DNA of 32,871 nucleotides from positions 360,712-393,582 of the forward strand of contig JAVZJR010000001.1 in NCBI GenBank assembly GCA_038870635.1, given 5' to 3'. The position numbers and the translations under genes are program-made. The notes under the pieces are model-generated. The model was not told the origin of the DNA and ran no database searches. It was given only the letters and a program-made list of their open reading frames with translations. This DNA comes from Candidatus Bilamarchaeaceae archaeon. GTDB lineage: Archaea > Micrarchaeota > Micrarchaeia > Anstonellales > Bilamarchaeaceae. Shown one piece after another: positions 1-10,000 of this stretch (position 1 is the first letter of the stretch; each line of letters starts with the position of its first letter).

Positions 1-524
1 TTATCAGAATTGTTAGCTAATGTTATTAGTTCATCATACGTCATTTTTTCATATTTTTTTGCATTCGGATTTTTTTTCGGATCGCTATCATAAATACCAG
101 AAACATTACTTACATTTATTATCTTCTCAGCACCTATTGCCTCTGCAAGAAGAACTGCGTCTGTGTCTGTTGTTATGCCAGGGATAGTACCACCCATAAC
201 AATTATCCTACTTGTTGTAGCCGCTTTTTTCGCATTCGCAAAATCCGTTAAAACAACTGGATACGCATCTTTTCCTAAACCAACCAAAAGTAGCATTGCG
301 TTTTGTCTAGTTGATATTATTGCTATGTCATCAGCATCAAATTCTGAAGCACCGAGTTCGCGTGCGGCTTCTGCATACTCTCTTGCGGCGCGCCCACCGC
401 CGACAACTATACCTATCTTATCTTTTGAATTTCTTATAATCTCACAAAACTCTTTTATGAATTTTGTGTCCGGCTTACCACCAGGGTTAATACAACTTCC
501 GCCAATAGACAAAACAACAGTCAT
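1..524 (-). CDS. pyrH: Uridylate (UMP) kinase, 3' end beyond window edge
   Basis: Manual translation from ATG at 524: MTVVLSIGGSCINP...IGIVVGGGRAAREY...MGGTIPGITTDTDAVLLAEAIGAEKIINVSNVSGIYDSDPKKNPNAKKY, matching archaeal UMP kinase motifs. Absent from the ORF track because it runs off the edge. Confidence 0.95.
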   Translation of the reverse strand, partial: MTVVLSIGGSCINPGGKPDTKFIKEFCEIIRNSKDKIGIVVGGGRAAREYAEAARELGASEFDADDIAIISTRQNAMLLLVGLGKDAYPVVLTDFANAKKAATTSRIIVMGGTIPGITTDTDAVLLAEAIGAEKIINVSNVSGIYDSDPKKNPNAKKYEKMTYDELITLANNSD

Positions 525-592
525 TTTTAACACCCACTTTATTTGAATTCCATTTAAACACTTATTTAAATCTTTTCTCCTAAAGTTTACTT

Positions 593-1003
593 ATGTCTGA
601 TTATGAAAAATTGTTGGATAATATTTATTCTAATCTACCAGAGCGTACAAAACATAGTGGTGAAAGATTCGAACCTCCAAAGTTTGATTATTTTATAGAA
701 GGAAATAAGACGATAATAAAAAACTTTAAGACTGTGTGTGAGAAACTTAGGCGAAATCCAAAACTTTTGCTTAAATTTCTTACAAAAGAACTTGCAGTAC
801 CTGGTGAAATTCAAGGAGAACGGATGGTATTGCAACGAAAAGTGGTCGGCGATACTCTTGAAAAAAAACTTATGGAATTTATAAACAAATTTGTTATGTG
901 TAAGGAATGTTCTAGACCTGACACTAATATTCAAGAAGTTGGTCGCGGCATGTTGATAATGATTTGTGAGAGTTGTGGAGCCAGAAGAACGGTTAAAGAA
1001 TAG
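593..1003 (+). CDS. eif2b: Translation initiation factor aIF-2 beta subunit
   Basis: YEKLLD...ERFEPP...GNKTIIKNF, KELAVPG, C-terminal Zn ribbon CKECSRPDT...CESCGA. Confidence 0.96.
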   Translation: MSDYEKLLDNIYSNLPERTKHSGERFEPPKFDYFIEGNKTIIKNFKTVCEKLRRNPKLLLKFLTKELAVPGEIQGERMVLQRKVVGDTLEKKLMEFINKFVMCKECSRPDTNIQEVGRGMLIMICESCGARRTVKE

Positions 1004-1011
1004 GTGGTGGT

Positions 1012-1302
1012 GTGGAAGAAGAGGGTGGCGAAGAGGAAACAAGACTCAGATTGCCAAGAAAAAATGAAGTTTTCGGTGTTGTTATAGCGATAGTGGGCGG
1101 TAGCAGAATGAGAGTTTCTTGCAAAGATGGAAAAGAGAGAATATGTAGAATTCCAGGTAAGTTTAAGAATAAGATGTGGGTGAAGGATGGCGACGTAGTG
1201 CTTGTGGAGCCGTGGCCCATCGAAGGAGATAGTAAAGGTGATATTGTATACCGTTATACTCCTCTCCAAGCCAGTGCTCTACGCCAAAAAGGTTATATAT
1301 AA
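1012..1302 (+). CDS. eif1a: Translation initiation factor aIF-1A
   Basis: RLRLPRKNEVFGVV...GGSRMRVSCKDGKERICRIPGKFKNKMWVKDGDVVLVEPW...KGDIVYRY; GTG start after a GGTGG SD-like sequence. Confidence 0.96.
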   Translation: MEEEGGEEETRLRLPRKNEVFGVVIAIVGGSRMRVSCKDGKERICRIPGKFKNKMWVKDGDVVLVEPWPIEGDSKGDIVYRYTPLQASALRQKGYI

Positions 1303-1320
1303 TCTCCCCTTCTTTATTTT

Positions 1321-2064
1321 ATGGCAAAGAAAGTATCTAAAAGAAAACTTCCATCGAAGGATGAGTATCTTATCAAAGAGCGAAGCAAAATAGAAAGTGA
1401 GGTTTTTGACCGAAGTACTCTAGTAGCCCTTGCAAAAATTATGAAAAAAGGAATATTCAAAACTGTGGATTATCCTATTTCCACTGGAAAAGAAGCTAAT
1501 GTTTTTCGGGCCACAACTGAAGAAGGGAATTATGTTGCTATAAAAATATATAAAATTGAAACAGCTAGCTTTCTTAGACGTTTGCCATATTTAGAAGGCG
1601 ATCCTCGTTTTAAGAAAATAAAAAAAGACGAAAGAACACTTGTTAGCCTTTTTGCGAGAAAGGAATTTAAGAATTTAGAAATATGCGCGAAAGTTGGCAT
1701 AAACGCCCCTAGACCGATCTTTCTTTTACAAAACATTGTAGTTATGGAATTTCTTGGTGAAAATGGTCTTCCTTATCCGAGAATGGATTTAGTTGGACCA
1801 TTACATGGTGAAGATGATCTGAAAAGTTTATTGAACGATATTAAAAAAATGTATAAGGGAGGTTTTGTACACGCAGATATAAGCGAGTATAACATTCTCA
1901 TGGGGAATAAACCATATCTTATTGATTTTGGGCAGGGTGTTGTTTTAGGCCATCCAAAAGCAGAGGAGTTTTTGCAAAGAGATGTTAGAAACATTCTCCG
2001 TTATTTTTCTAAATTTGGTTATTCCTATGACATCCAAAAAATAATTAATTGGATAAAACATTAA
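1321..2064 (+). CDS. rio1: RIO1-family serine/threonine kinase
   Basis: ISTGKEANVF, AIKIY, VHADISEYNIL, LIDFGQ; usual position after aIF-1A. Confidence 0.95.
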   Translation: MAKKVSKRKLPSKDEYLIKERSKIESEVFDRSTLVALAKIMKKGIFKTVDYPISTGKEANVFRATTEEGNYVAIKIYKIETASFLRRLPYLEGDPRFKKIKKDERTLVSLFARKEFKNLEICAKVGINAPRPIFLLQNIVVMEFLGENGLPYPRMDLVGPLHGEDDLKSLLNDIKKMYKGGFVHADISEYNILMGNKPYLIDFGQGVVLGHPKAEEFLQRDVRNILRYFSKFGYSYDIQKIINWIKH

Positions 2065-2384
2065 CCTCTAATATCTTCTATCACTATTTCCTTCTTTATA
2101 AAAGGTAAAAAAGAACGTTTTTCTATTTGTTTGTTTACAAAAATACTCTTGATAGATTTGCAAGCATATGCTCTGAATTCATCATCGCTCTTTTTTATAC
2201 ACAGTGTTTCACCATCATTGTTTATTTTTATAGCGAGTATTTTTTTAAAATCAAAATAACCCTGAAAAAAATCTATACTTTCATATTGCAAAAGCCTCTC
2301 AGCTTTTATTTTAAACGAGTTGTTTTTCACTTTTTCACATTTTACTACTATTTTTTTGTATTCTAATACGAAGGCATTTGCCAT
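2061..2384 (-). CDS. Hypothetical protein
   Basis: 107-aa ORF directly downstream of argS on the same strand; no recognised motif. Confidence 0.6.
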   Translation of the reverse strand: MANAFVLEYKKIVVKCEKVKNNSFKIKAERLLQYESIDFFQGYFDFKKILAIKINNDGETLCIKKSDDEFRAYACKSIKSIFVNKQIEKRSFLPFIKKEIVIEDIRG

Positions 2385-2411
2385 AATACTATTTTACATA
2401 AAACAGTTTAA

Positions 2412-4106
2412 TTACATTACGTTTGGTGTTTCTATACCGAGTAAATATAAACCTTCTTTTAAAGTAAAACCAACCGCACTTACTATTGCCAATCTTACCT
2501 TTTTCTCCTCTTCCTTTTCCGCATTTAAAACTCTGCATGTAGAGTAAAATTTATTAAATTCCGAAGCTAAGTCAAGCAGATAATCGCAAAGTATATGCGG
2601 CGAAAGAGTGCGCGAAGCATTCTCTACTGTTTTTTCAAATTGAAGTAGCTTTTTTAAAAGTCTTTTTTCATCTTCGTTAAATTTATACCCTTGCGGGTAA
2701 TCTTCCTTAAATTCAGCTTTATTCGTTATACCTTTTGTTCTAACATAAGCATATTGCAAATATGGGCCGGAATCTCCTTCGAGGCTTAATGCTTTCTCCC
2801 AGTTAAATAGTAATACTTTGTTATTTTCTCTTCTCAACATTGAAAACTTTATCGCTGCAAGCGCTATTTTTTTAGCTATCAATTCTTTCTCTTCAATTTT
2901 CCACTCTGGATGTCTAACTTCTACTTCTTTAATAGTTTTTTCTAAGAGTTTTTTCCTAAGGTCTTCGTAAAGCACCATTGTGCCTTCGCGTGATGACATT
3001 TTTCCTTCTGGTAGCATCACGAGTTCATAAATAAGATGGTAGGATACTTGAGCTGCTTTTTTCATTCCTGCTTTTTCAAAAATTTTGAAAAGCTGTTTAA
3101 AATAAAATTCCTGTTCTTTTCCAACTACATGTATACTTTGATCAAGATCACCATACTTATCAAATTTTAATTTTGCTAAGCCAAGATCTTTTGTAGGGTA
3201 TAAGGGATATCCTTCTTTTGTAAGAAGAACACACACACCCAGCCCATCCTCTTTTAGATCTATTATAATCGCGCCTTCGTCTTTTTTTACAATCCCTTTG
3301 TCTAATAAACTCAAGACTATCTCTTTTCCTATGTTTTCTGTTTGACTTTCAAAGAAAAATTCATCAAAATTAACCCCAAACTCCTCATAAAATTTATCAA
3401 AGTCTTCTAAGCACCACTGTCTTGTTTTTTTCCATATTTCGTAAATGTGTCTCTCTTTTGCGTATATCTTTAGGTTTATATCTAAAACTTCCTTTTCTAG
3501 TTCCTTGTTTTCTGCTATTTTTTTTGATGCTTCTGCATAGACCTTTCCTAACCATGTTCCCTTTTTTTCTACATCTTTTGGTACTCGCTCATTGTAAATA
3601 TTTATAAAACCCCAAATACATTTTGCGACATGTGGCCCTATATCTCCTTGATAATTGACCCTTATGACCTTATTTCCTGTTGCTTCTAAAATTCTACAAA
3701 TAGATTCTCCTAAAGAGATATTTCTTATATGACCTATATGGACTCCTTTATGCGTATTGGCATCAAAATACTCCACCATTATCTTTTTTTTATTTTTTTT
3801 ATCTATTTTACCTTTTTTTTCTATTATTTTCTTAATAAGTGAGAGGTAAAACTGATCAGAAAGATAAAAATTTATATACGGTCCCTGTGCCTCAACTTTA
3901 TCGAAATTTTCATTTTTACTTATTTTTTTTACTATCTCACTTGCAACCACAGCTGGTTGTTTTTTATCTTTTTTTGCAATTTCAAAAGCAATAGTACTGC
4001 TTATGTCGCCAAATTTTTGTGAGAAGTCAGTACAAGCGCGAACACTTTCATAATCATATTCTATTGCTTCTGCCACTATTTTGGCCGCTTGTTCTATTAT
4101 ATCCAT
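2412..4106 (-). CDS. argS: Arginine--tRNA ligase
   Basis: HIGH motif (GVHIGHIRN), GDIGPH, KMSSREG, GDSGPYLQYAYVR and a DALR-type C-terminus; start overlaps the purL stop (TAATG). Confidence 0.97.
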   Translation of the reverse strand: MDIIEQAAKIVAEAIEYDYESVRACTDFSQKFGDISSTIAFEIAKKDKKQPAVVASEIVKKISKNENFDKVEAQGPYINFYLSDQFYLSLIKKIIEKKGKIDKKNKKKIMVEYFDANTHKGVHIGHIRNISLGESICRILEATGNKVIRVNYQGDIGPHVAKCIWGFINIYNERVPKDVEKKGTWLGKVYAEASKKIAENKELEKEVLDINLKIYAKERHIYEIWKKTRQWCLEDFDKFYEEFGVNFDEFFFESQTENIGKEIVLSLLDKGIVKKDEGAIIIDLKEDGLGVCVLLTKEGYPLYPTKDLGLAKLKFDKYGDLDQSIHVVGKEQEFYFKQLFKIFEKAGMKKAAQVSYHLIYELVMLPEGKMSSREGTMVLYEDLRKKLLEKTIKEVEVRHPEWKIEEKELIAKKIALAAIKFSMLRRENNKVLLFNWEKALSLEGDSGPYLQYAYVRTKGITNKAEFKEDYPQGYKFNEDEKRLLKKLLQFEKTVENASRTLSPHILCDYLLDLASEFNKFYSTCRVLNAEKEEEKKVRLAIVSAVGFTLKEGLYLLGIETPNVM

Positions 4107-7000
4107 TAAGGCACCCCTTTGCTATGCGCTTCTTTTAATTTTGATATATCTTCGTTTAGAAGAATACGCTCTCTATTTTTTATTATAAGTCTTTTATCTC
4201 CTCTTACTCTTCCAATTTTTGCAAATACTTCTCCTGCCATAATTTTTTCAAATGCTTCTATATTTTCTTGTTTTACACTTACTATAAACCTGCCAGGGGT
4301 TTCTGAAAATAAAATAGTTTTGTCATCTACTGTTGTCGATGGTATTTTGGATATATCCACTTCTGCTCCAAACGGTCTGTATATAGAACACTCTGCTAAG
4401 GCAACTGCAAAGCCACCATCACTTATATCATGCGCTGATGCCACTAATCCTTCAGATATAGCGTCGGAGAGTTTTTTATAAATCGTCATGTGTTCTTCGG
4501 GATGAAGTTTTGGTAGTTCATTTCCAATACCATTAAAAAGTGCATAATATTCACTGCTGCCTAACTCGCTTCTGGTAGTTCCAAGAATATAGATTGCATC
4601 TCCTGGATTTTTGAATTCAACTGAACACGCTTTTTCTATATTATCTATTTTTCCTATAACAGTTATCAAAAGAGTTGGTGGTATCGAGTATTTTTTTTCT
4701 CCATCATAATAATCGTTTTTCATGCTATCTTTTCCTGATATAAAAGGTATTCCGTATTGAGTTGCGCAATCATAAAGAGCAAGGCATGCTCTTATCAGAG
4801 AACCTAGTTTTTGCTCTCCATCAGGAGTTTTTTCTGATTTTATCGGATCTGGCCAAGAGAAATTATCAAGTGCAGCAAGATAGCCGAATTTTGCACCTGC
4901 TGCTATTGCATTTCTTACTGCTTCATCAAATGCTAACTGTGCCATTACATAACCATCTTGAACATATTTAGGACAAATTCCATGAGCTATTACTATTCCT
5001 TCGTTACTAGTGTATAGTGGTCGGATAACTGCAGCATCATTTGGCCCACTCATTATCGGCTTTATTACACTCATTCCTTTTACTTCGTGATCATACCTTC
5101 TAATTACTGATTCTCTACTACATATGTTCGGCGAAGAAAGAAGTTTTATTAAAATTTCATTTAAAGGCAGATCGACTATTTTTGGTTCAGGGAAAATAAG
5201 TTTTTTCCATTCTGCTTTCAGTTGGTATTGAGGAACACCTTCATGCAAAAACTTCATATCTAAATAAGCTACTGTTTTATTTCCGTAAAGGACATGCAGT
5301 TTTTTACTGTTTGTGAATTTTCCTATAACTGTAACTTCTACGTCATGTTTTTTTGCGATTTTTTGTAATTCTTCTAATTTCTCAGGTGGTACTGCTAAAG
5401 TCATTCTTTCTTGTGATTCTGAAACAAATATTTCCCAAGGATTAAGGCCATGGTATTTTAATGGACAAGCCGCGAGTTGTAGTTCACAACCACCTGAAAG
5501 TTGTGCGAGTTCTCCTACGCTTGAAGATAAACCCCCTGCACCATTATCTGTTATTGCTTCATAAAGATTTTTATCCCGTGCTTCTAAAATAAAATCTAAC
5601 AATTTCTTTTGTGTTATTGGATCACCAATTTGCACAACGCTTTGGGGTGTACTCTCATCTATTTGTTGCGAAGAAAAAGTAGCACCGTGGATTCCATCTT
5701 TACCTATTCTCCCGCCGGCCATTACGATAAGATAGCCTGGTTCTATTCTTTTTTCTGAAGTTTTTCTTCCATTAATTTCCGAAGGCATTATACCTATAGT
5801 TCCTGCATAAACAAGAGGTCTACATATAAAACCATCATGGAATATTATAGAGCCATTCACAGTTGGGATACCCATCTTGTTACCGCCATCTTCTATTCCT
5901 TTTATTACACCATCATAAATAACTCGTGGCGGTAGCACACCCTTGGGAACTTCATTTATGTTGAGTGGCCCAAAACAAAGAACATCTATATTTGCGATGG
6001 GGCATGCACCCAACCCAGTACCTAAAACATCTCTTTGCACTCCTAAAACACCAGTAAGAGCGCCTCCATAAGGGTCAAGAGCAGACGGAGCGTTATGTGT
6101 TTCTACTTTAACTGCTATATCGTACTCAGGATTAAATTTTATAATGCCACCATTATCCTTGAAAACACTTACAACATAGGGTTTTTTTACTTGTTCTGTG
6201 GCGCCTTTTATGAATGTCTTAAAAATTGAATTTATAGCATGCTTCTCCCCATTCTCTTTGTATGTTATTTTTGCGTTAAATATTTTATGCTTGCAATGCT
6301 CACTCCACGTTTGGGCTATGCACTCTAACTCAACATCTGTTATTTTGTTATCTAGGCCAACTTTTTCTCTTTGTTTTATAACTTTCTCGTCTCTAAAATA
6401 AGCCTTTATCGCCTTAAACTCTTCTGCTGAAAGTGCTAACATTCTTTGTTTAGTTAATTGCTCAAATCTTTCTTGGCTCATATGCAAGCTTATACTTTCA
6501 ACTTTTGGTTCATGTTTTATTATTACTTTTGGTAAATAGGGAAAGGGAATCTCATTAGGCGGTATCACTCTTGCTTTTTCGACAAGAGGATTATGTAATG
6601 CTTGTGCTATTTTTTCACACTCTTCTTTTGTTGCGTTTTCTATTGCGTATAACCTGCTGTAGTATACTTCACTTTCTTTACCAGTTTTTTCTTTGACCGC
6701 TTCTCTTGCTGTTTTTCCTATATTGTCTGTTACGCCTGGTAAAAAACCTATCTCTACTCTCCATAAATTCTGGTATATTGGTTTTGTAGAATAGCGTTGT
6801 GCTATGCTATCTAAAAAAACTTCTTGCGCTATTTTATTAAGCTCTTCTTCGCTTTCATCTCCTCCAAAGTTATAGACATCACAGAAATGCAGTTTTTTTT
6901 CTAATCCAAGCATTCTTTTTATTTTTTCTGAAGTTTTAATCGCTACTACATCTTTTATATTTTCATTAGTGGTTATTTCAATACGGCCAGGCATACCCAT
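4106..7000 (-). CDS. purL: Phosphoribosylformylglycinamidine synthase PurL with N-terminal PurS-like extension, no glutaminase domain
   Basis: AQTWSEHCKHKIF, KVETHNAPSALDPYGGALTG, GIHGATFSS, DNGAGGLSS, SESQERM, SGKDSM, SAHDISDGG; N-terminal FLPGVTDNIG segment. Confidence 0.95.
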   Translation of the reverse strand: MGMPGRIEITTNENIKDVVAIKTSEKIKRMLGLEKKLHFCDVYNFGGDESEEELNKIAQEVFLDSIAQRYSTKPIYQNLWRVEIGFLPGVTDNIGKTAREAVKEKTGKESEVYYSRLYAIENATKEECEKIAQALHNPLVEKARVIPPNEIPFPYLPKVIIKHEPKVESISLHMSQERFEQLTKQRMLALSAEEFKAIKAYFRDEKVIKQREKVGLDNKITDVELECIAQTWSEHCKHKIFNAKITYKENGEKHAINSIFKTFIKGATEQVKKPYVVSVFKDNGGIIKFNPEYDIAVKVETHNAPSALDPYGGALTGVLGVQRDVLGTGLGACPIANIDVLCFGPLNINEVPKGVLPPRVIYDGVIKGIEDGGNKMGIPTVNGSIIFHDGFICRPLVYAGTIGIMPSEINGRKTSEKRIEPGYLIVMAGGRIGKDGIHGATFSSQQIDESTPQSVVQIGDPITQKKLLDFILEARDKNLYEAITDNGAGGLSSSVGELAQLSGGCELQLAACPLKYHGLNPWEIFVSESQERMTLAVPPEKLEELQKIAKKHDVEVTVIGKFTNSKKLHVLYGNKTVAYLDMKFLHEGVPQYQLKAEWKKLIFPEPKIVDLPLNEILIKLLSSPNICSRESVIRRYDHEVKGMSVIKPIMSGPNDAAVIRPLYTSNEGIVIAHGICPKYVQDGYVMAQLAFDEAVRNAIAAGAKFGYLAALDNFSWPDPIKSEKTPDGEQKLGSLIRACLALYDCATQYGIPFISGKDSMKNDYYDGEKKYSIPPTLLITVIGKIDNIEKACSVEFKNPGDAIYILGTTRSELGSSEYYALFNGIGNELPKLHPEEHMTIYKKLSDAISEGLVASAHDISDGGFAVALAECSIYRPFGAEVDISKIPSTTVDDKTILFSETPGRFIVSVKQENIEAFEKIMAGEVFAKIGRVRGDKRLIIKNRERILLNEDISKLKEAHSKGVP

Positions 7001-7019
7001 ATATAATCAAGAAAGATTT

Positions 7020-7286
7020 TTATGTTATCATTATTTCTGGTTCAAACCATCGCCAGTTTCCATTCATAAAATACCATAATCTCTTTGTTGTAGAATCATA
7101 AACGATATTGAATTTTGATGCACTTTCAAGCGGGCGGTCTATTTCTATAAATGGATATCTCCTTAACCAACTTATCTCTTCACGAAAAGGGTTGCGTTCT
7201 ATCCCACTCAATATTTTCCTTTCTCTTTTCACTTTTTCACACCATTCTATTACCCTATCTATTTCCTCTTTGGTTGGCATTTTCAT
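7020..7286 (-). CDS. Hypothetical protein
   Basis: 88-aa ORF with GAGGT SD, filling the gap between the DRG GTPase and purL on the same strand. Confidence 0.7.
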   Translation of the reverse strand: MKMPTKEEIDRVIEWCEKVKRERKILSGIERNPFREEISWLRRYPFIEIDRPLESASKFNIVYDSTTKRLWYFMNGNWRWFEPEIMIT

Positions 7287-7293
7287 ACCTCTG

Positions 7294-8382
7294 CTATTTT
7301 TTTACTATATATACTGTATCGCCGTCTACTAATTTATGCTCCAATCCAACTCGTTGGCCTTGGTGTTTTACGCTTTTACCCCAAACTACAGCATAGCGAA
7401 AATCTTTTTTTAAATCTCTGTGCAGCCTTTCGCAAACATCACCGACGGTTGCTCCTTCTCTCATTATCAATGGTTCTTCTATATCCGCTTTTTCCCCTTT
7501 TCTTTTTGTGTATATATTTATAAAATGTAGTTTGGTGTATATTTCCTCTTTTAATTTTTCTAAGTTGTATCCTTTTTCCGCTGATACCGCAATGTATTCA
7601 AAAGGAAGGTTTGGAGGCCGTTCCACAAGGTCTATCTTGTTTACTACAAATATCGCAGGTAAATAAACTCTGTTCCCTTCTACTACATCTATAAATTCAT
7701 CTATATCTATATCACTTCTAAAAACAACATCTGCATTATGCATTCCATACTCGCCCAATACTGCTTGTACCTCTCGCTCACTTATTTTTGTTAATGGAAC
7801 AGTGGAAGATATTGTTAGTCCACCTCGCAGTTTTTTCTTGATTACAACGTTGGGAGGCGTGGTGTTTATTCTTATCCCAAAACCATGAAGCTCCCTTATT
7901 ATTATATTTAATTCTGCTTGAGCATTGGTAGCATCTAAAAGTATTAAAAGGAGATCAGAAGAACGAGCAACTGCAATAACCTCTCGTCCTCTTCCTTTTC
8001 CATCTTTTGCGCCCTCTATTATACCAGGCAGGTCTAATATCTGAATTTTTGCTTTTTTGTATTCCAAAACACCAGGTACGCATTTTAGTGTCGTAAATGC
8101 ATATGCTGCTGCTTTTGATTGTGCATTAGTGATTTTTGTCAATAATGTAGACTTACCAACACTTGGAAGCCCTATTATAGCAACAGTTGCATCACCACTT
8201 TTCTTTATATCGAATCCGCCGCTTTTCTTGCCTGCGTTTGCTCGGTTAGGCGCTATCAATTCTCTCTTATATTTTGCTATTTTTGCCTTTAATTGGCCTA
8301 TGTGAAATTCAGTAGCTTTATTGTATTGCGTCCGTTTTATCTCTTCTTCAAGTTCTCTTATCTTTTCAAGAAGCCCCATCAA
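7294..8382 (-). CDS. drg: DRG/OBG-family GTP-binding protein with TGS domain
   Basis: TQYNKATEFHIGQLKAK, GLPSVGKST, YAFTT, DLPGIIEGA, NKID, VWGKSVKHQGQRVGLEHKLVDGD. Confidence 0.95.
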   Translation of the reverse strand: MMGLLEKIRELEEEIKRTQYNKATEFHIGQLKAKIAKYKRELIAPNRANAGKKSGGFDIKKSGDATVAIIGLPSVGKSTLLTKITNAQSKAAAYAFTTLKCVPGVLEYKKAKIQILDLPGIIEGAKDGKGRGREVIAVARSSDLLLILLDATNAQAELNIIIRELHGFGIRINTTPPNVVIKKKLRGGLTISSTVPLTKISEREVQAVLGEYGMHNADVVFRSDIDIDEFIDVVEGNRVYLPAIFVVNKIDLVERPPNLPFEYIAVSAEKGYNLEKLKEEIYTKLHFINIYTKRKGEKADIEEPLIMREGATVGDVCERLHRDLKKDFRYAVVWGKSVKHQGQRVGLEHKLVDGDTVYIVKK

Positions 8383-8465
8383 ATTAATCTATCGCTTAAA
8401 TAATTAAAACTTTAATCCTACTTTTTCATAAAATATTTAAATTTTAAGTTATATATGGTATAAAC

Positions 8466-9140
8466 ATGTGCATTTTATCTAAAGAAAAAGAACACTTAGG
8501 GAAAAATGGATTTATAGGTAAAAAGATGTTTAATAAAGACTTCGTTATGTCGCTTTCGCATTTAATAGCTACAAAATATTTTCCTAAGAAAGATGATTTT
8601 CTTCTTTTTTATGATGGCGAGGAAGCAGTATATTTAGCTAAGCGCATTTGCATCTGTGCTTTACAAAGAGGAATAAACGTCAACAACTTAGAACAGCTTG
8701 CAAAGAAAGCAAACTCTGTTCAATCTTTTAATCGTTCCATATCAAAACATTTTGGCCAAGTTGTAGAGGGCTCAAAACGACCGAGGCCTTATATAAACAT
8801 TTATGAAAATGAGAAGAAGGTTCTTTCAGAAGTATTCGGTCTTAATGATAAAGAGATAAATGATCTTATTTGGGGAAGGCTTTCTTCTATTCGGCTTGAT
8901 TATGTATATTCAAAAATAGAAGAATACGCCGCTCTTTTTAACAAAAAATTAGATAATGAAAAAAGCACAACTGACACTATAATTAAGTTTCTTTCATTAA
9001 GATGGGGATTAGATGACGGTTTCCCAAAACCAATACGTGAGATATCAGTAAAGATGGGTATCTCTGACTTGACTAATGAAAAAATAAAAAAACTTATGAA
9101 TGAGATTTTTGACGGTTTGCTTGAGCAAAAAAGGAAATAA
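8466..9140 (+). CDS. Hypothetical protein with C-terminal sigma70 region-4-like HTH
   Basis: 224-aa ORF; LSLRWGLDDGFPKPIREISVKMGIS resembles RpoD region 4 (LRLRFGLDDG..TLEEVG..FGV). Confidence 0.6.
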   Translation: MCILSKEKEHLGKNGFIGKKMFNKDFVMSLSHLIATKYFPKKDDFLLFYDGEEAVYLAKRICICALQRGINVNNLEQLAKKANSVQSFNRSISKHFGQVVEGSKRPRPYINIYENEKKVLSEVFGLNDKEINDLIWGRLSSIRLDYVYSKIEEYAALFNKKLDNEKSTTDTIIKFLSLRWGLDDGFPKPIREISVKMGISDLTNEKIKKLMNEIFDGLLEQKRK

Positions 9141-9168
9141 TTTTTAATTGAGTGTGTTTATTTTATTT

Positions 9169-9786
9169 ATGGTTTTGGCTTTAGGTGTTCTTGCATCTGG
9201 CCGTGGAAGTAATTTTCAGGCAATACTAGACGCTATACAACAAAAAAAGTGTGATGCGATCGTTCGTGTTCTTATAACTGATAATCCTGCTGCAAAAGCA
9301 ATAGAGATCGCCCAAAAAAACAACATACCTGTAAAAATAATAAATAAAAAAGATTTTCCAAATAGAGTAGAGTTTGATTTAGAAATTAAAAAAACCCTAG
9401 ATGAGTATCATGTTGATTTGGTAGTGCTTGCCGGTTATATGCGCATCATTCTTTCTGATGAATTATTAGGATCATATAAATATCGAATAATAAATATTCA
9501 TCCCTCTTTACTACCTGCTTTTAAAGGTAGTACGCACGCTCAACATGATGCCTTTAATTATGGTTGTAAAATAAGTGGTTTAACAATTCATTTCGTAAGC
9601 AAAGATGTCGACGGGGGAGAGATAATATATCAAGAAGCAGTAGATATAAGTAAATGCAAAAATGGAGATGAGGTTGCAGCTGAAATACTTAAGCATGAGC
9701 ATAATGCTTATCCTAAAGTAATAGATATGTTTGCTAAAGGTACTTTTGTTATTAAAGGAAGAAGAGTGGAGTACCATCCCAAATAA
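9169..9786 (+). CDS. purN: Phosphoribosylglycinamide formyltransferase
   Basis: VLASGRGSNFQA, LVVLAGYMRI, INIHPSLLPAF, VDGGEII; ATG at 9169 preferred over TTG at 9148. Confidence 0.96.
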   Translation: MVLALGVLASGRGSNFQAILDAIQQKKCDAIVRVLITDNPAAKAIEIAQKNNIPVKIINKKDFPNRVEFDLEIKKTLDEYHVDLVVLAGYMRIILSDELLGSYKYRIINIHPSLLPAFKGSTHAQHDAFNYGCKISGLTIHFVSKDVDGGEIIYQEAVDISKCKNGDEVAAEILKHEHNAYPKVIDMFAKGTFVIKGRRVEYHPK

Positions 9787-9810
9787 TGAGCTAATAAACT
9801 TAATTTGATT

Positions 9811-9894
9811 GCAGGGGTAGCCAAGCGGTCAAAGGCGCCAGATTCAGGGTCTGGTCCCTCAGTGGGTTCAAGGGTTCAAATCCCTTCCCCTGCA
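9811..9894 (+). tRNA. tRNA-Leu(CAG), intronless, CCA not encoded
   Basis: Acceptor GCAGGGG/CCCCTGC+A; anticodon arm CCAGA-TTCAGGG-TCTGG; long variable arm CCC-TCAGT-GGG; T arm AAGGG-TTCAAAT-CCCTT. Confidence 0.97.
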
Positions 9895-10000
9895 CTATAT
9901 CCCCGTATCTAAGCACTAGCCAATTCGCATTGTTGTGCTGAATTCAGCAAAAGTATGCCTGTTAGAAATGTTTTTAATAACTGGGACTCACAACTAAAAT

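Noticed and set aside
163..546. 127-aa plus-strand ORF
   Set aside because: Antisense shadow of pyrH, which has clear motifs on the minus strand.
635..8305. Many short ORFs overlapping aIF-2beta, Rio1, argS, purL and drg
   Set aside because: Antisense or off-frame shadows of well-supported genes, with no motifs of their own.
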